Assembly (NCBI GenBank): GCA_963701095.1
Contig: OY969564.1
Location: 1,536,001 to 1,600,000, forward strand
Length of the DNA stretch: 64,000 nucleotides
Reading direction: 5' to 3'
Origin: an uncultured Methanoregulaceae archaeon
GTDB taxonomy: Archaea; Halobacteriota; Methanomicrobia; Methanomicrobiales; Methanospirillaceae
The translations under genes were made by a program, and so were the position numbers. Below, piece by piece: positions 11,464 to 21,315 of this stretch. How positions within the stretch are numbered: the stretch's first letter is position 1; the number at the start of each line of letters is the position of its first letter. Below the pieces are notes generated by a model. The model did not search any database and was not told the origin of the DNA. It was given only the letters and a program-made list of their open reading frames with translations.

Positions 11464-11610
11464 GATATACTACTCTACGCGAATGGGAGAATAAGGTGTT
11501 GAACAATAGATTATGTGCTTTTGGCACTTTGTTTCCTTGTGAATGATTTCAATAAAAAAAGACATTTTAATCACGGCCTGCACCTACAGACACTATATGA
11601 GGTCGCTTTC

Positions 11611-12168
11611 ATGAAACACCAGAACACTGTACCGACAAGCGGAACGGTCACGTTTAAGTCGGTAGGCCAGATCTATGATACTGAAGATCCCTCACCGGAA
11701 GAGAACCGCGATCTCTCTGACAGGGCAGAGGACAGGATTTTTCACACGGTACTTGATGTCCCCAAAGGAGTCCGGGCTGCACTTTGTGACGATTTGGTCA
11801 TCATGGTTCCGGCACAGGAACTGACATCAGAACGCAATAATGCCATTATTTCAGCAGTACGATCCCACTTCCGGCGCAGAGCTGACGAGATGCAGGGCGC
11901 CATGAAAATTACCCAGCGAGTCGGCGTACGTGAATTCCGATTGACGATCGCCGTATGCATTCCCGCATTTATCGGCATTGCTATCTGTTCACAGTTCCAT
12001 GGGAATCCTCTCACAGAAGTGATCGAGAATGTTCTGGTTATCATAAGCTGGGTGACCATCTGGCAACCCTTTCAGGTGCTTGTGTTCGATCGTTGGACCG
12101 CAAAAGAGACCGCCGCAGTGTATCGGAAAATTGCTGATATGTCAATAAGTGTTCGTTCATCAGCATGA
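11611..12168 (+). CDS. Hypothetical membrane protein (two C-terminal TM helices)
   Basis: Hydrophobic segments; ISWVTIWQPFQVLVFDRW. Confidence 0.7.
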   Translation: MKHQNTVPTSGTVTFKSVGQIYDTEDPSPEENRDLSDRAEDRIFHTVLDVPKGVRAALCDDLVIMVPAQELTSERNNAIISAVRSHFRRRADEMQGAMKITQRVGVREFRLTIAVCIPAFIGIAICSQFHGNPLTEVIENVLVIISWVTIWQPFQVLVFDRWTAKETAAVYRKIADMSISVRSSA

Positions 12169-12351
12169 CAAGGATCGTTTTAGGATTATCCCAACGTCGA
12201 TGAGGGTAAACGGGCTATAATACCTATCTTCTCATTTTTGCCATTTTTATTCAGGAACCACCTGGGACAGGTAGATGGTTCCTCTCGTTTTATATTGCCA
12301 CCATGTTTATTGCCGCATATTACATTTTATTTTTAAAAGGAGGTATCCTGC

Positions 12352-13155
12352 GTGGTCCAGAAAATTTCTGTGCTTTACGTCGATGATGAACCCGGCTTAT
12401 TGGAAATCGGCAAAATTTTTCTCGAAAAGAGCGGACAATTTTCTGTTGATATCGTTACCTCGGCTCCGGATGCACTGGCCATTCTTGCTACGAAGACCTA
12501 CGATGCCATTCTTTCCGATTACCAGATGCCCGAAATGGACGGCATTGAATTTTTAAAGAGTGTCAGGGCATCGGGAAACACTATTCCGTTTCTCATTTTA
12601 ACCGGAAGAGGACGTGAAGAGATAGTTATCCAGGCGTTAAACGAAGGAGCCAATTACTATATTCAGAAAGGAGGGAAACTGGTACCGCAGTTCACTGAAA
12701 TTGCACACCAGATCCGGCACGCAGTCCAGGAAAGATGGGCTGAATCTGACCTCCGCAATCTCGAACGTCGGGAATCTGATATCCTTGACTTTATGCAGGA
12801 ACCAACGTTTACAATCGATATATCCGGGCAGGTTACATCCTGGAATTGTGCTATCGAGAATCTTACCGGTGTTCCGGCAACGGAAATACTCGGGAAAGGG
12901 GATCATGAATACGCGATCCCTTTTTTTGAAAAACGGCTGCCGATCCTTATCGATCTTATCCTCTGGCCAAACATAACCGTGGCCGGTCGTTATGAACACA
13001 TTACCCGCGATGGAGATGTCCTGATCGCAGATACAATTCTAACTTCTCGAACTGGCTCAACGGTTATGCTTCACGAAAGGGCAGGTCCGTTGTATAACCG
13101 GGATGGTGAGATTGATGGTGCAATTGAATCTATCAAAGAAATTGTGAACCTCTGA
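12352..13155 (+). CDS. Response regulator receiver + PAS domain protein
   Basis: VLYVDDE, SDYQMPEMDG, LTGRG, YIQKG; PAS ending GAIESIK. Confidence 0.9.
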   Translation: MVQKISVLYVDDEPGLLEIGKIFLEKSGQFSVDIVTSAPDALAILATKTYDAILSDYQMPEMDGIEFLKSVRASGNTIPFLILTGRGREEIVIQALNEGANYYIQKGGKLVPQFTEIAHQIRHAVQERWAESDLRNLERRESDILDFMQEPTFTIDISGQVTSWNCAIENLTGVPATEILGKGDHEYAIPFFEKRLPILIDLILWPNITVAGRYEHITRDGDVLIADTILTSRTGSTVMLHERAGPLYNRDGEIDGAIESIKEIVNL

Positions 13156-13213
13156 TGTATCGGAATGGATTTATGAGTATTTTTCAAAAAAGAGGAAAAT
13201 GATTCGTACTTCG

Positions 13214-13867
13214 TCAAATTCCCTTTCCTTTTTTCATAGACCCGTATATTTTGACAAAGACCGAAACGAGTGCGACAAGTGACACCGCAATAATCGCGTA
13301 CACGATGAACGTGAAGTTTGCCTGAACAATCGGGAGATTGCCTACAAAATAACCGGCGAGCAGGAAGACGCATGACCACATAACACCACCAAGGATATTG
13401 TATCCCAGGAACCAGGAATAGCGCATCTTCCCCACACCGGCGAGGAACGGTGCAAACGTCCTGATAAAGGGCATGAACCGGGCTATAACGATGGTAAAGC
13501 CGCCATATTTTTCAAAATACTGGTGTGTCTCCTCGAGATGCTCCTTTTTGACAAGCGAGTATTTCCATTCAAGTATTTTCATTTCGAAGGTATAGCCGAT
13601 CCAATAATTGAGAGTATCGCCAAGTACGCATGCAAGAATCAGACTGCCAAGCAGAACCCATATATTGAGCATCCCGGCCCCAGCAAGTGTTCCTGCAACA
13701 AACAACATGGAGTCACCCGGTAAATAGGGTGCAATCACCAAGCCCGTCTCGCAGAACAGAATAAGGAAAAGGATAACATACGTCCACAGCCCGTACTGCT
13801 GGAGAATCCCCGGGAGGTACTTATCAAAGTGCAGTACCAAGTCGATAAAGGTGAACGGAAGTACCAT
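13214..13867 (-). CDS. dedA: DedA/VTT family membrane protein
   Basis: FCETGL, LPGDSMLF, ARFMPFIRTFAPFLAG. Confidence 0.92.
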   Translation of the reverse strand: MVLPFTFIDLVLHFDKYLPGILQQYGLWTYVILFLILFCETGLVIAPYLPGDSMLFVAGTLAGAGMLNIWVLLGSLILACVLGDTLNYWIGYTFEMKILEWKYSLVKKEHLEETHQYFEKYGGFTIVIARFMPFIRTFAPFLAGVGKMRYSWFLGYNILGGVMWSCVFLLAGYFVGNLPIVQANFTFIVYAIIAVSLVALVSVFVKIYGSMKKGKGI

Positions 13868-13941
13868 CGTACATCATCATTGAACAGAGAGTGATAAATG
13901 AGTTGGGGCAGTACTGAAGGACACGAATAACCTAAAAAAAA

Positions 13942-14211
13942 TTAATCGCCCCGGATCTGGTGAATCCTCAGGAGCCCGGCACAAGATCTGCAAGTATAAT
14001 ATTCATCCTTCCAGCAGGTTTCACAGGCCCAGCGTCCGCAAAGCACACACTGCCGGAGCTCCGAGATCGGGTGCGGGGTATTGCAGAGATCGCACGTGAA
14101 TTGAGCGAAACTATGCGGGTCCTTTGCCGGGGGTTCCCCTTGCTTACGCATCACGGTGATCTCTTTTTTGAGATCACGGATACGATCTGAGGAACTTTTA
14201 TTTTTTGGCGT
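13942..14211 (-). CDS. Small zinc-finger protein; start uncertain
   Basis: CDLC..CVLCGRWACETCW..CRSC (8 Cys). Confidence 0.7.
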   Translation of the reverse strand, partial: TPKNKSSSDRIRDLKKEITVMRKQGEPPAKDPHSFAQFTCDLCNTPHPISELRQCVLCGRWACETCWKDEYYTCRSCAGLLRIHQIRGD

Positions 14212-14554
14212 TTCCTTTGCCGGCCAGTTCTTTTTCCAGAACGTCAAGGCGCGCCTCCAGCGATGAGAGCGTATTCTTCATCCCGGACTCGTAGTTCTTC
14301 AGTTCTGCAACCCGCGCCTCATCCTGTTCGAGCTCAGAACTGCGCTGATCCTGAAATTTCGCGAGTCGGGTCTTGGTGACAAGCTGCCAGTCTTCCACCA
14401 TGCTCTGGAACCTGCGGTCAAGGTACTCGTCTACCCGGCTCTCCACAGGACTCGTGATCGCAAGATCACCTTTTGCACCCTTGAAAAAATAATACACGAG
14501 GAACAGGAGGATACAAAGGACAATGACAAGGAAAATAAAAGTAAGAAAATCCAT
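14198..14554 (-). CDS. Membrane-anchored coiled-coil protein (paralogue 3)
   Basis: N-terminal TM; VDEYLDRRFQSMVEDWQLVT; heptad tail. Confidence 0.8.
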   Translation of the reverse strand: MDFLTFIFLVIVLCILLFLVYYFFKGAKGDLAITSPVESRVDEYLDRRFQSMVEDWQLVTKTRLAKFQDQRSSELEQDEARVAELKNYESGMKNTLSSLEARLDVLEKELAGKGNAKK

Positions 14555-14555
14555 A

Positions 14556-14778
14556 TCAGGCCCTCCCTTTCAGGCTTCCTGCACGCCGTTCCAGTTCAGT
14601 AAGTTTGTCCGCAGCTGCGTGTTCAAAGGCTTTTAACCGGGGAACCTCTTTTTCCAATGCCAGGAGCCGGTTGGTGAATTCTTCGAGATCAGACTTTCGT
14701 TGAGAGATCCCATTCCTCGACAATATATTTCATCCTGCGGTCCACGTAGGCATCCAGGTACGAGTCCATGCCAATCAT
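14556..14778 (-). CDS. Small coiled-coil protein (paralogue 2); absent from ORF track, one extra base at ~14693
   Basis: Manual translation MIGMDSYLDAYVDRRMKYIVEEWDLSTK(A)DLEEFTNRLLALEKE...GRA*; ATGA overlap with upstream gene. Confidence 0.75.
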
Positions 14779-15092
14779 GACGATCGCTCCATAGATGTGA
14801 TCAGGTCATCTAACCGTTTTGCTCGTGCCTCGATAACGGCTCTTCCTGCGTAAAGGCTGCTGATCTCGTCACTTACCCGCGATAGCCGGCTTTCGAGTTT
14901 TTCGAGATCGCTTTCTGTCACGAGATCCCATTCTTCAATGATTGCCGCAAAGTGCTGGTCGAAATATGCGTCCAGCGATTTATCGAGCGTCGGAACATGC
15001 GATTCGATTATCCCGGGTAGCGTCGCAAACGTGTCCCAGAACGAATCCCCTGTCATGTTCCGGGTCGGATTCGGGTTGATAACTGGGTACAT
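14775..15092 (-). CDS. Coiled-coil protein (paralogue 1)
   Basis: LDAYFDQHFAAIIEEWDLVTESDLEKLESRL. Confidence 0.8.
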   Translation of the reverse strand: MYPVINPNPTRNMTGDSFWDTFATLPGIIESHVPTLDKSLDAYFDQHFAAIIEEWDLVTESDLEKLESRLSRVSDEISSLYAGRAVIEARAKRLDDLITSMERSS

Positions 15093-15095
15093 CTG

Positions 15096-15524
15096 TTATT
15101 TCACCTTCTTTTCCTGTTCCTGGACGTTACCGAGGAGATAATCCAGTTTCTTTGATTTTACGATACTTTCTAGACGGGTCAGGCGCTTGTCAAGGAGGTT
15201 TTCCTTTGCAAAATTATCAGTTCCAATCGCGGTATTTTCGTCTTCCACCTGTTTTATTGCTGCGGTCTGCTCAGGTGAGAACCGGGTGAACGGGAACATC
15301 TTTGATGCTTCGTGCTGCTGGAGGAGTTTGAGCTTATCCCGTTCCAGTTCCAGTTCAATAGTCCGGTTAGTCGTTTTCATTATTCGTATCTCACGGATGA
15401 TGAAGTAGATTATGGCCAACACCATGATGATGATAATACCCATAATGGCGATATCAGGGGTAAAGGTTACCGGGACGGATGCATCTGCCATGTTAGTACC
15501 CGCCGCAGTTGTTGATTCTTTCAT
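15096..15524 (-). CDS. Single-pass membrane coiled-coil protein
   Basis: TM IAIMGIIIIMVLAIIYFII then charged helical region. Confidence 0.75.
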   Translation of the reverse strand: MKESTTAAGTNMADASVPVTFTPDIAIMGIIIIMVLAIIYFIIREIRIMKTTNRTIELELERDKLKLLQQHEASKMFPFTRFSPEQTAAIKQVEDENTAIGTDNFAKENLLDKRLTRLESIVKSKKLDYLLGNVQEQEKKVK

Positions 15525-15538
15525 CTCTACATCTCATA

Positions 15539-16048
15539 TCAGAGATCATCTCCTTTACCGGTCACATTTTTCACGGTTTTCTTTACTTCCTTGGCGGTCT
15601 TTGCAGCAGATTTTCCGATACGATCGGACGCTTTTTTTGTTTCCTTTTTCAACGATTCGGCCGCAGTTGCCGCTTCTTCTTTTACTTCATGGACGGTTTT
15701 TTTTGCCGTTTCGTCCAGTTTCTGTGCGCCTTCTGAAATCGAAGTGCTTGCTTCCGCAACTGCTTTCGATACTTTTTCTTTTAACGGGGGTGTTTTCCTG
15801 ACAAGTACCTCATCACCCTCATTTATATCGAGCGCTTTAATATCCTCGACACTGACACGGATCTGCCCTGAAGAAACCATAGTATCGGCAATTACCGTAA
15901 CGCCAACCGATTTTTTGGAAATCTCGTTGATCAGGTCAACGCGGTCTCCTTCAGCAACGCCGAGTTCCGGGAGATTTTCAGTATTAATGCGTATCCGGCC
16001 GTGACTGGGAAACGCCCGCTTCTTAACGGTTAAACGTACATCCGGCAT
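15539..16048 (-). CDS. CDC48/VAT N-terminal-like (double-psi barrel) domain + amphipathic K/A/E-rich tail
   Basis: GRIRIN..LGVAEGDRV and GQIRVS..LDINEGDEVLV duplicated GD-box pattern; no AAA domain. Confidence 0.7.
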   Translation of the reverse strand: MPDVRLTVKKRAFPSHGRIRINTENLPELGVAEGDRVDLINEISKKSVGVTVIADTMVSSGQIRVSVEDIKALDINEGDEVLVRKTPPLKEKVSKAVAEASTSISEGAQKLDETAKKTVHEVKEEAATAAESLKKETKKASDRIGKSAAKTAKEVKKTVKNVTGKGDDL

Positions 16049-16160
16049 AGATGAAAGAACAATGCTGATAAGGTATATATTTTCCTCAATTTTTCATTCT
16101 ACGCACAGTTATCAGCCTCAAGCGCCAATAGATTGGCAACAAATGGTAAGGTAATGTGTG

Positions 16161-17100
16161 ATGAAACACCAGTGCGATGAACCGGTTACCCAGATGCATA
16201 TCAGGCCGTCCATGACTGTCGGAGAATTGGTCAATGCCATGGGAAAAGCCGGGGCATACAACGGCGGCTCACTCTATCATGCAGCAGAAATTTATGAAAA
16301 AATGCTTCGGGATAGTGGCACGACAAAATTCTTTGGCCTGGCTGGCGCTATGGTCCCAGCCGGTATGGGTGGGATCGTCTCTGATCTTATAAGGGACGGT
16401 TATATCGATATCCTTGTCTCTACCGGGGCAAATCTTACGCACGATATTATCGAAGCTATTGGCTGCCGGCACTTCCACGGTTCAGCCTTTACAAGCGACA
16501 TCGAACTCCGGCACGATGAAATAAACCGTATCTACGATGTTTATCTTCCTAACGAAGCCTTCGAACATTTCGAGGTTTTCATGCAGGATGTTTTTGGTGA
16601 ACTTGAGCCTAATAGCACCATCTCCATTTCACGACTGCTGCGGCACATCGGTTCGCATCTGAAAACCGGTATTCTTGCAACGTCCGCACAAATGGAAATT
16701 CCGGTTTACTGCCCGGCGGTGCAGGATTCCATGGTCGGTCTGCAGTACCTGGCTCTTTTCTCAGACTACCAAGGTGACCGTTGACGCATTTGCTGATATG
16801 CCTGAGCTGCTTGACACCTGCTTTGCAACAAAGAAAGCCGGTGCTATTCTCGTCGGAGGAGGGGTTCCCAAAAATTTTATTTTGCAAAGCATGCTTATGA
16901 CTCCGAACGGTTTTGATTATGCAATCCAGCTGACGGGGGACCGGCCGGATCTTGGTGGCCTGTCAGGAGCAACGCTCGACGAAGCCCGATCGTGGGGCAA
17001 GATCACCGAAGAGGCTCGTGCCGTCACAGTGTATGGTGACGCCACGATCACCCTGCCGGTCCTTATCGCGGCCGTGATGGAGAGGTTATCCCATGCCTGA
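16161..17100 (+). CDS. dys: Deoxyhypusine synthase; frameshift ~16749
   Basis: LVSTGANLTHD, GGGVPKNF, GGLSGATLDEARSWGKI, GDATITLP. Confidence 0.92.
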
Positions 17101-17740
17101 GCTTATTCTTGCTCTCGATGTGACAGAAAAGAAAAAGGCGCTCGATATTGCCTGTACCTGCGCCCCGAACCTTGACGCAATCAAGATCGGTTATCCGCTT
17201 GTCCTCTCGGTTGGCCTCTCCATAGCCGCAGACCTTGAAAAAGCCGGTCTTCCTCTCATTGCTGACTTTAAGGTTGCCGATATTCCCAACACAAACAAGA
17301 TTATCTGCGATAAGGTATTCGATGCCGGTTTTTCAGGAATTATCTGTCACGGATTTCCCGGTATGGACTCGATGAAGGCTTGTGTTGCCTCGGCCCATTC
17401 ACACCATGGTGCATGCTACGTCGTTGCAGAGATGAGCCATCCGGGAGGGACCGAGTTTTTCTCTTCGGGTGTGGCGGAACGTATAGCAGGAAACGCCATC
17501 ATTGCAGGAGCTGATGGGATCATCGCACCTGCTACCCGGCCGGACCGGGTTCGGGTCCTGCGAGGTTTTGTTGGTAATAAAAAGATCCTCTCCCCGGGAA
17601 TCGGCGCACAAGGGGGGGATGCGGATGCAGTCGCCGCGCTTGTTGACGGTATCATCATAGGGAGGGCTATCTACGAGGCAGGGGATCCCGTGGCTGCAAC
17701 GCGGTCCTATGCGCGAGTCCGCAGAAGGGAAAGAGAATAA
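17093..17740 (+). CDS. pyrF: Orotidine-5'-phosphate decarboxylase
   Basis: ILALDV, ADFKVADIPNT, SPGIGAQGG, IIGRAIY. Confidence 0.96.
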   Translation: MPELILALDVTEKKKALDIACTCAPNLDAIKIGYPLVLSVGLSIAADLEKAGLPLIADFKVADIPNTNKIICDKVFDAGFSGIICHGFPGMDSMKACVASAHSHHGACYVVAEMSHPGGTEFFSSGVAERIAGNAIIAGADGIIAPATRPDRVRVLRGFVGNKKILSPGIGAQGGDADAVAALVDGIIIGRAIYEAGDPVAATRSYARVRRRERE

Positions 17741-17855
17741 ACAACTCTGTTTTTTCGACCCGATCCTTCATAGCGCACCCGTACGTACCGCGAATGCGAT
17801 ATTACCTTCGGAACAGGGTCTAAAAATTTATTAAGCCCTTATGCAATGTAGTAGT

Positions 17856-18217
17856 ATGGAATGGAGCACAGAACAAAGGAAAATGGCAGAAAAATACACA
17901 AAACTCGAAGAAATTCCCGAACAAGACCGAAAATACAAGTGCCATACCTGTCATCTCATCGTAGACCAGACGCCGTGCCCGAATTGTGGTGAGACAAAAC
18001 TCGAGATTATGTGCCCTCTCGACAACTGCCACTGCGTCCATGAAATGATATCAGGGATTGATTACTGCCCGCTCTGCGGTAAACCCGTCTGTCCAGAATG
18101 CGGGTCTCACGATGTTGTCCAGATCAGCCGGGTGACCGGTACCTGCAGGACGTTTCCGGCTGGAATGCTGGCAAGCAGCAGGAGCTCAAGGACCGGATCC
18201 GATACTCAATCGCATGA
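17856..18217 (+). CDS. Small stand-alone NrdD (class III RNR) C-terminal/glycyl-radical domain with Zn ribbons; 1-nt deletion ~18140
   Basis: CPECGSHDVVQISRVTG(Y)LQDVSGWNAGKQQELKDRIRY after frame repair. Confidence 0.8.
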
Positions 18218-19089
18218 GATATTACACAGACTCAGGTTCGCTTTTTGTCCGCGGTGCGTTCCGCGCCGCGAGTACCGGGATTTCCGGGGGAATCCGGAAT
18301 GTTACAACCCTTTTTAATCACATGGTCCCTGCGCAGTGGAACTATACCGCGCCTGAAAAAGAGATTGAACTGGTGGCAGCTGCTGCCGGTACCGGGCGGG
18401 ATGTTCTGGGTCTCTTAACTGCAGTTCCTATCCAGAACCTTTGCGTACTTCAATACGATTTTATCACGGTCTTTGTTACTGCGGGAATCCAAAAAAAAGT
18501 CACGGGCGCCGGGACCATAAATATTATCGCATATAGCAGTGAGGGTTTCGAAGACTCTGCACTGCTTGAAACCATTATGGTCGTTTCTGAGGCCAAGTCA
18601 GAAGCTCTGTTAGATCTTGGATTGGATTCGGGCACACCTACCGATGCTGTTATCGCCGCATGTGAAGGCGAATTAAAGCATCGGTACGCCGGACGGGTTA
18701 CCGAACCCGGACAACGTGTACGGGATGCAGTGCTCAGGGGGGTTCCTGAAGCCCTAAACCGCTTCGAACGTGATGTGCAACCCACACAACCGGCTTTCTT
18801 CATATACAGCCGATTGGATAGCGGTCATTGGGTCGAGTGGTCATCTGTTAACTGCCCATATTACCCCTGCCATTTTCAAGGACAGAGCTGCGACTTCTGC
18901 TACTGTCCATTCTACCCATGCAAAGATGAGACTCTCGGCGAATGGTCACCGAGCTCCTCAAACGGCCGCGTCTGGAATTGCTCGCGCTGCACGTTGCTTC
19001 ACGAACCGGACATTGCAGGCTACCTTAAGCACTATCCGGATGCGCCGCTCGAAGAGCTTGTGCGCCTTCGTAAAAGAAAGCTAAAATAA
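18214..19089 (+). CDS. cbiZ: Adenosylcobinamide amidohydrolase fused to Cys-rich small domain
   Basis: GLLTAV, VTAG, GTINI, EAKSEAL, GTPTDAV; CPYYPCH..CDFCYCPFYPC..WNCSRC. Confidence 0.85.
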   Translation: MRYYTDSGSLFVRGAFRAASTGISGGIRNVTTLFNHMVPAQWNYTAPEKEIELVAAAAGTGRDVLGLLTAVPIQNLCVLQYDFITVFVTAGIQKKVTGAGTINIIAYSSEGFEDSALLETIMVVSEAKSEALLDLGLDSGTPTDAVIAACEGELKHRYAGRVTEPGQRVRDAVLRGVPEALNRFERDVQPTQPAFFIYSRLDSGHWVEWSSVNCPYYPCHFQGQSCDFCYCPFYPCKDETLGEWSPSSSNGRVWNCSRCTLLHEPDIAGYLKHYPDAPLEELVRLRKRKLK

Positions 19090-19090
19090 G

Positions 19091-19285
19091 TTATCCGTTG
19101 ATCCCCAGCGCCTTTAAGAGCTCGGGAAGAGGAATACCGTGGGCCTCGGCCGCTTCGCGAATGGTCTCGCCGCGAGCAATGGCGCATCCGACACAGCCCA
19201 TGCCGAACTTGAAGAGGGCCTCGGTTGATTCGGGTTTTGCCTGGAGAAGATCGTAGATTGTTGAGTCTGCAGTTAATTCAGCCAT
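19091..19285 (-). CDS. DUF1858-type small redox/disulfide domain protein
   Basis: FGMGCVGC..ETIREAAEAHG. Confidence 0.85.
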   Translation of the reverse strand: MAELTADSTIYDLLQAKPESTEALFKFGMGCVGCAIARGETIREAAEAHGIPLPELLKALGING

Positions 19286-19418
19286 ACTACACTTAATTCC
19301 CGTACAGGGACATAAATCTCACCATAGGTATCCATGCGAAAAGCCTGATTACTTTCGCAACGCACGGTACCTGCTATATACACGTCATCCAATCCGATGT
19401 ACCACTGGAGATGTAAGA

Positions 19419-20666
19419 ATGGATTATTCCGAAGCTATCGAAAGAATCTCCCGAAAGTTCAAAAAAAGCGGTAATGAGATAAACCGCGAAAAGGTTGAGA
19501 TAAAGTTGCGCCGGCTGATCGAAGAATTTGGTGTCCAGCCTGCAGAGGCTGAGCGAAGTGTTTCAAACGAGCTTGCAAAAGAGTTTAACATCCCTCCGGC
19601 AAGCCCGCAGGGATCATCCAGTGCTGGTGGTGCGACTGGGCAAAAGGTAATTGCAGACGCCTGCCCCGGAGACTGGGTAACCCTGGAAGGGAAAGTGGTT
19701 TCCCTGGCTGCCCCTGCATCGCCGGCGATAGCCCAGAGCGGGATTGTAGCCGACGAATCCGGGGCGATCCGTTTTGTGGTTTGGGCCAAGTCTAATGCAC
19801 CAAAGATGAAAGAGGGCGCATGGTACCGTATCGAATCAGCTGTTGTTGACGAATACAAAAACATCCCCAACCTCAAGGTGCACTCGGGAACGACGATTAC
19901 CGAGATCGATAAATCTGATCCACTTATCCCATCACCAGTGCCGGTTAAGGATCTCCGGCCCGGTATTGGGAGCGTCCGCGCAAAAGTTATACAGGAGTGG
20001 GATGTCACTCACGACAGGATACTCCAGTCCGGCATCCTTGGAGACGAGACCGGCACGATCAAGTTTGTGATCTGGAAAGAGCCGGGAAAAGAGAAACTCA
20101 CGGTAGGCTCGGTCTACTCGGTTTTCTATACACAAGTTGATGAGTTCAACGAACGGTTGTCACTCAATCTTACAGGTGCAACCATCATGCAGGAGGAGGG
20201 AGACTTGGCAACAATAGCCAGTAGCGATGCAGAGATTCGCGGCGCTATCGTGCATATTGCGCCAGGCTCCGGAATTATCAAGCGATGTCCGGTCGAGGGG
20301 TGCAACCGTGCCCTGTCCCGGCAGAACTACTGCCCAATCCACGAGATCCAGCCGCAGTTTGTCTATGATCTCCGGATCAAAGGATGGCTGGACGATGGAG
20401 AGAGAACCCACAATCTCCTCTTGAAACGCGATGTCGTAGAAGCACTAACCGGGATAAATCTCGATCAGGCAAGGGAGATCGCGGAGAACAATCCTCTTGG
20501 CATGGATGAGGTCTTTTTGCAGATGCGGGAAAAAGTACTCGGCCGATATGTGGCCTGCAAGGGTCGCGAGATCGAGAACAGGCTTCTCGTTAACAACTGC
20601 GAGAGGATGCATTTTGAAAGTGGAGAACATACAAAGCTCCTCAACCGGGCCGGGGGTTCATCATGA
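19419..20666 (+). CDS. rpa: Replication protein A (three OB folds + Zn finger)
   Basis: QSGIVADESG, QSGILGDETG, CPVEGC..CPIH, DLRIKGWLDDG. Confidence 0.9.
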   Translation: MDYSEAIERISRKFKKSGNEINREKVEIKLRRLIEEFGVQPAEAERSVSNELAKEFNIPPASPQGSSSAGGATGQKVIADACPGDWVTLEGKVVSLAAPASPAIAQSGIVADESGAIRFVVWAKSNAPKMKEGAWYRIESAVVDEYKNIPNLKVHSGTTITEIDKSDPLIPSPVPVKDLRPGIGSVRAKVIQEWDVTHDRILQSGILGDETGTIKFVIWKEPGKEKLTVGSVYSVFYTQVDEFNERLSLNLTGATIMQEEGDLATIASSDAEIRGAIVHIAPGSGIIKRCPVEGCNRALSRQNYCPIHEIQPQFVYDLRIKGWLDDGERTHNLLLKRDVVEALTGINLDQAREIAENNPLGMDEVFLQMREKVLGRYVACKGREIENRLLVNNCERMHFESGEHTKLLNRAGGSS

Positions 20667-21262
20667 GTGCCCGGGAATCGGAGATGGGCCGTCGTGACGG
20701 CAGCTTTGAACGCGAACCGGCACGCCGGGTCTTCGCAAGCGAACTCCGGGAATGCCGGTACCAGTTCAAAGACGGCGAGGATGAGAAGAGTCCGACATTT
20801 GTTCTTCTCCCCACCGGAGAACGATCAAACAGGATCTTCCTTGTGGGTACGCTTACCGAAAAAACCCGGCAGGGTGAACAGAACATATTCTACCGGGGCC
20901 GGGTAATCGATCCGACTGGCACTTTCTTCATCATGGCGGGAAGTTACCAGCCAGAGGCGATGCAGCAGATGGCAAAGATTGAAACACCTGCATTTGTCGC
21001 AGTTACCGGAAAACCGAACCTGTATCAGAAGCCTGACGGATCGTATCTCGTTTCCGTTCGGGTCGAATCGGTAACGGTAGTAGACAAAGAGACCCGGGAT
21101 ATCTGGTTGCTGGACACTTCAGCCCGCACACTCGACCGGATTGACGCACTCACATCAGGTATGACACCGGATATAATTAAGGCAAAGGAACAGTATCCTA
21201 CGCTCGATGTTGTGACGCACCGGAGGATGGTCTACGACGCATTGGCTCAGATTAAAATTTAA
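20663..21262 (+). CDS. RPA-associated OB-fold protein
   Basis: REPARRVFASEL, LLPTG..NRIF, DPTGTF..AGSYQPEA; coupled to rpa. Confidence 0.85.
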   Translation: MSARESEMGRRDGSFEREPARRVFASELRECRYQFKDGEDEKSPTFVLLPTGERSNRIFLVGTLTEKTRQGEQNIFYRGRVIDPTGTFFIMAGSYQPEAMQQMAKIETPAFVAVTGKPNLYQKPDGSYLVSVRVESVTVVDKETRDIWLLDTSARTLDRIDALTSGMTPDIIKAKEQYPTLDVVTHRRMVYDALAQIKI

Positions 21263-21315
21263 TTTTTTTAAGGGTCAATGTAATAGATCTTAAAAATCCG
21301 GAACGTATGCTATGC

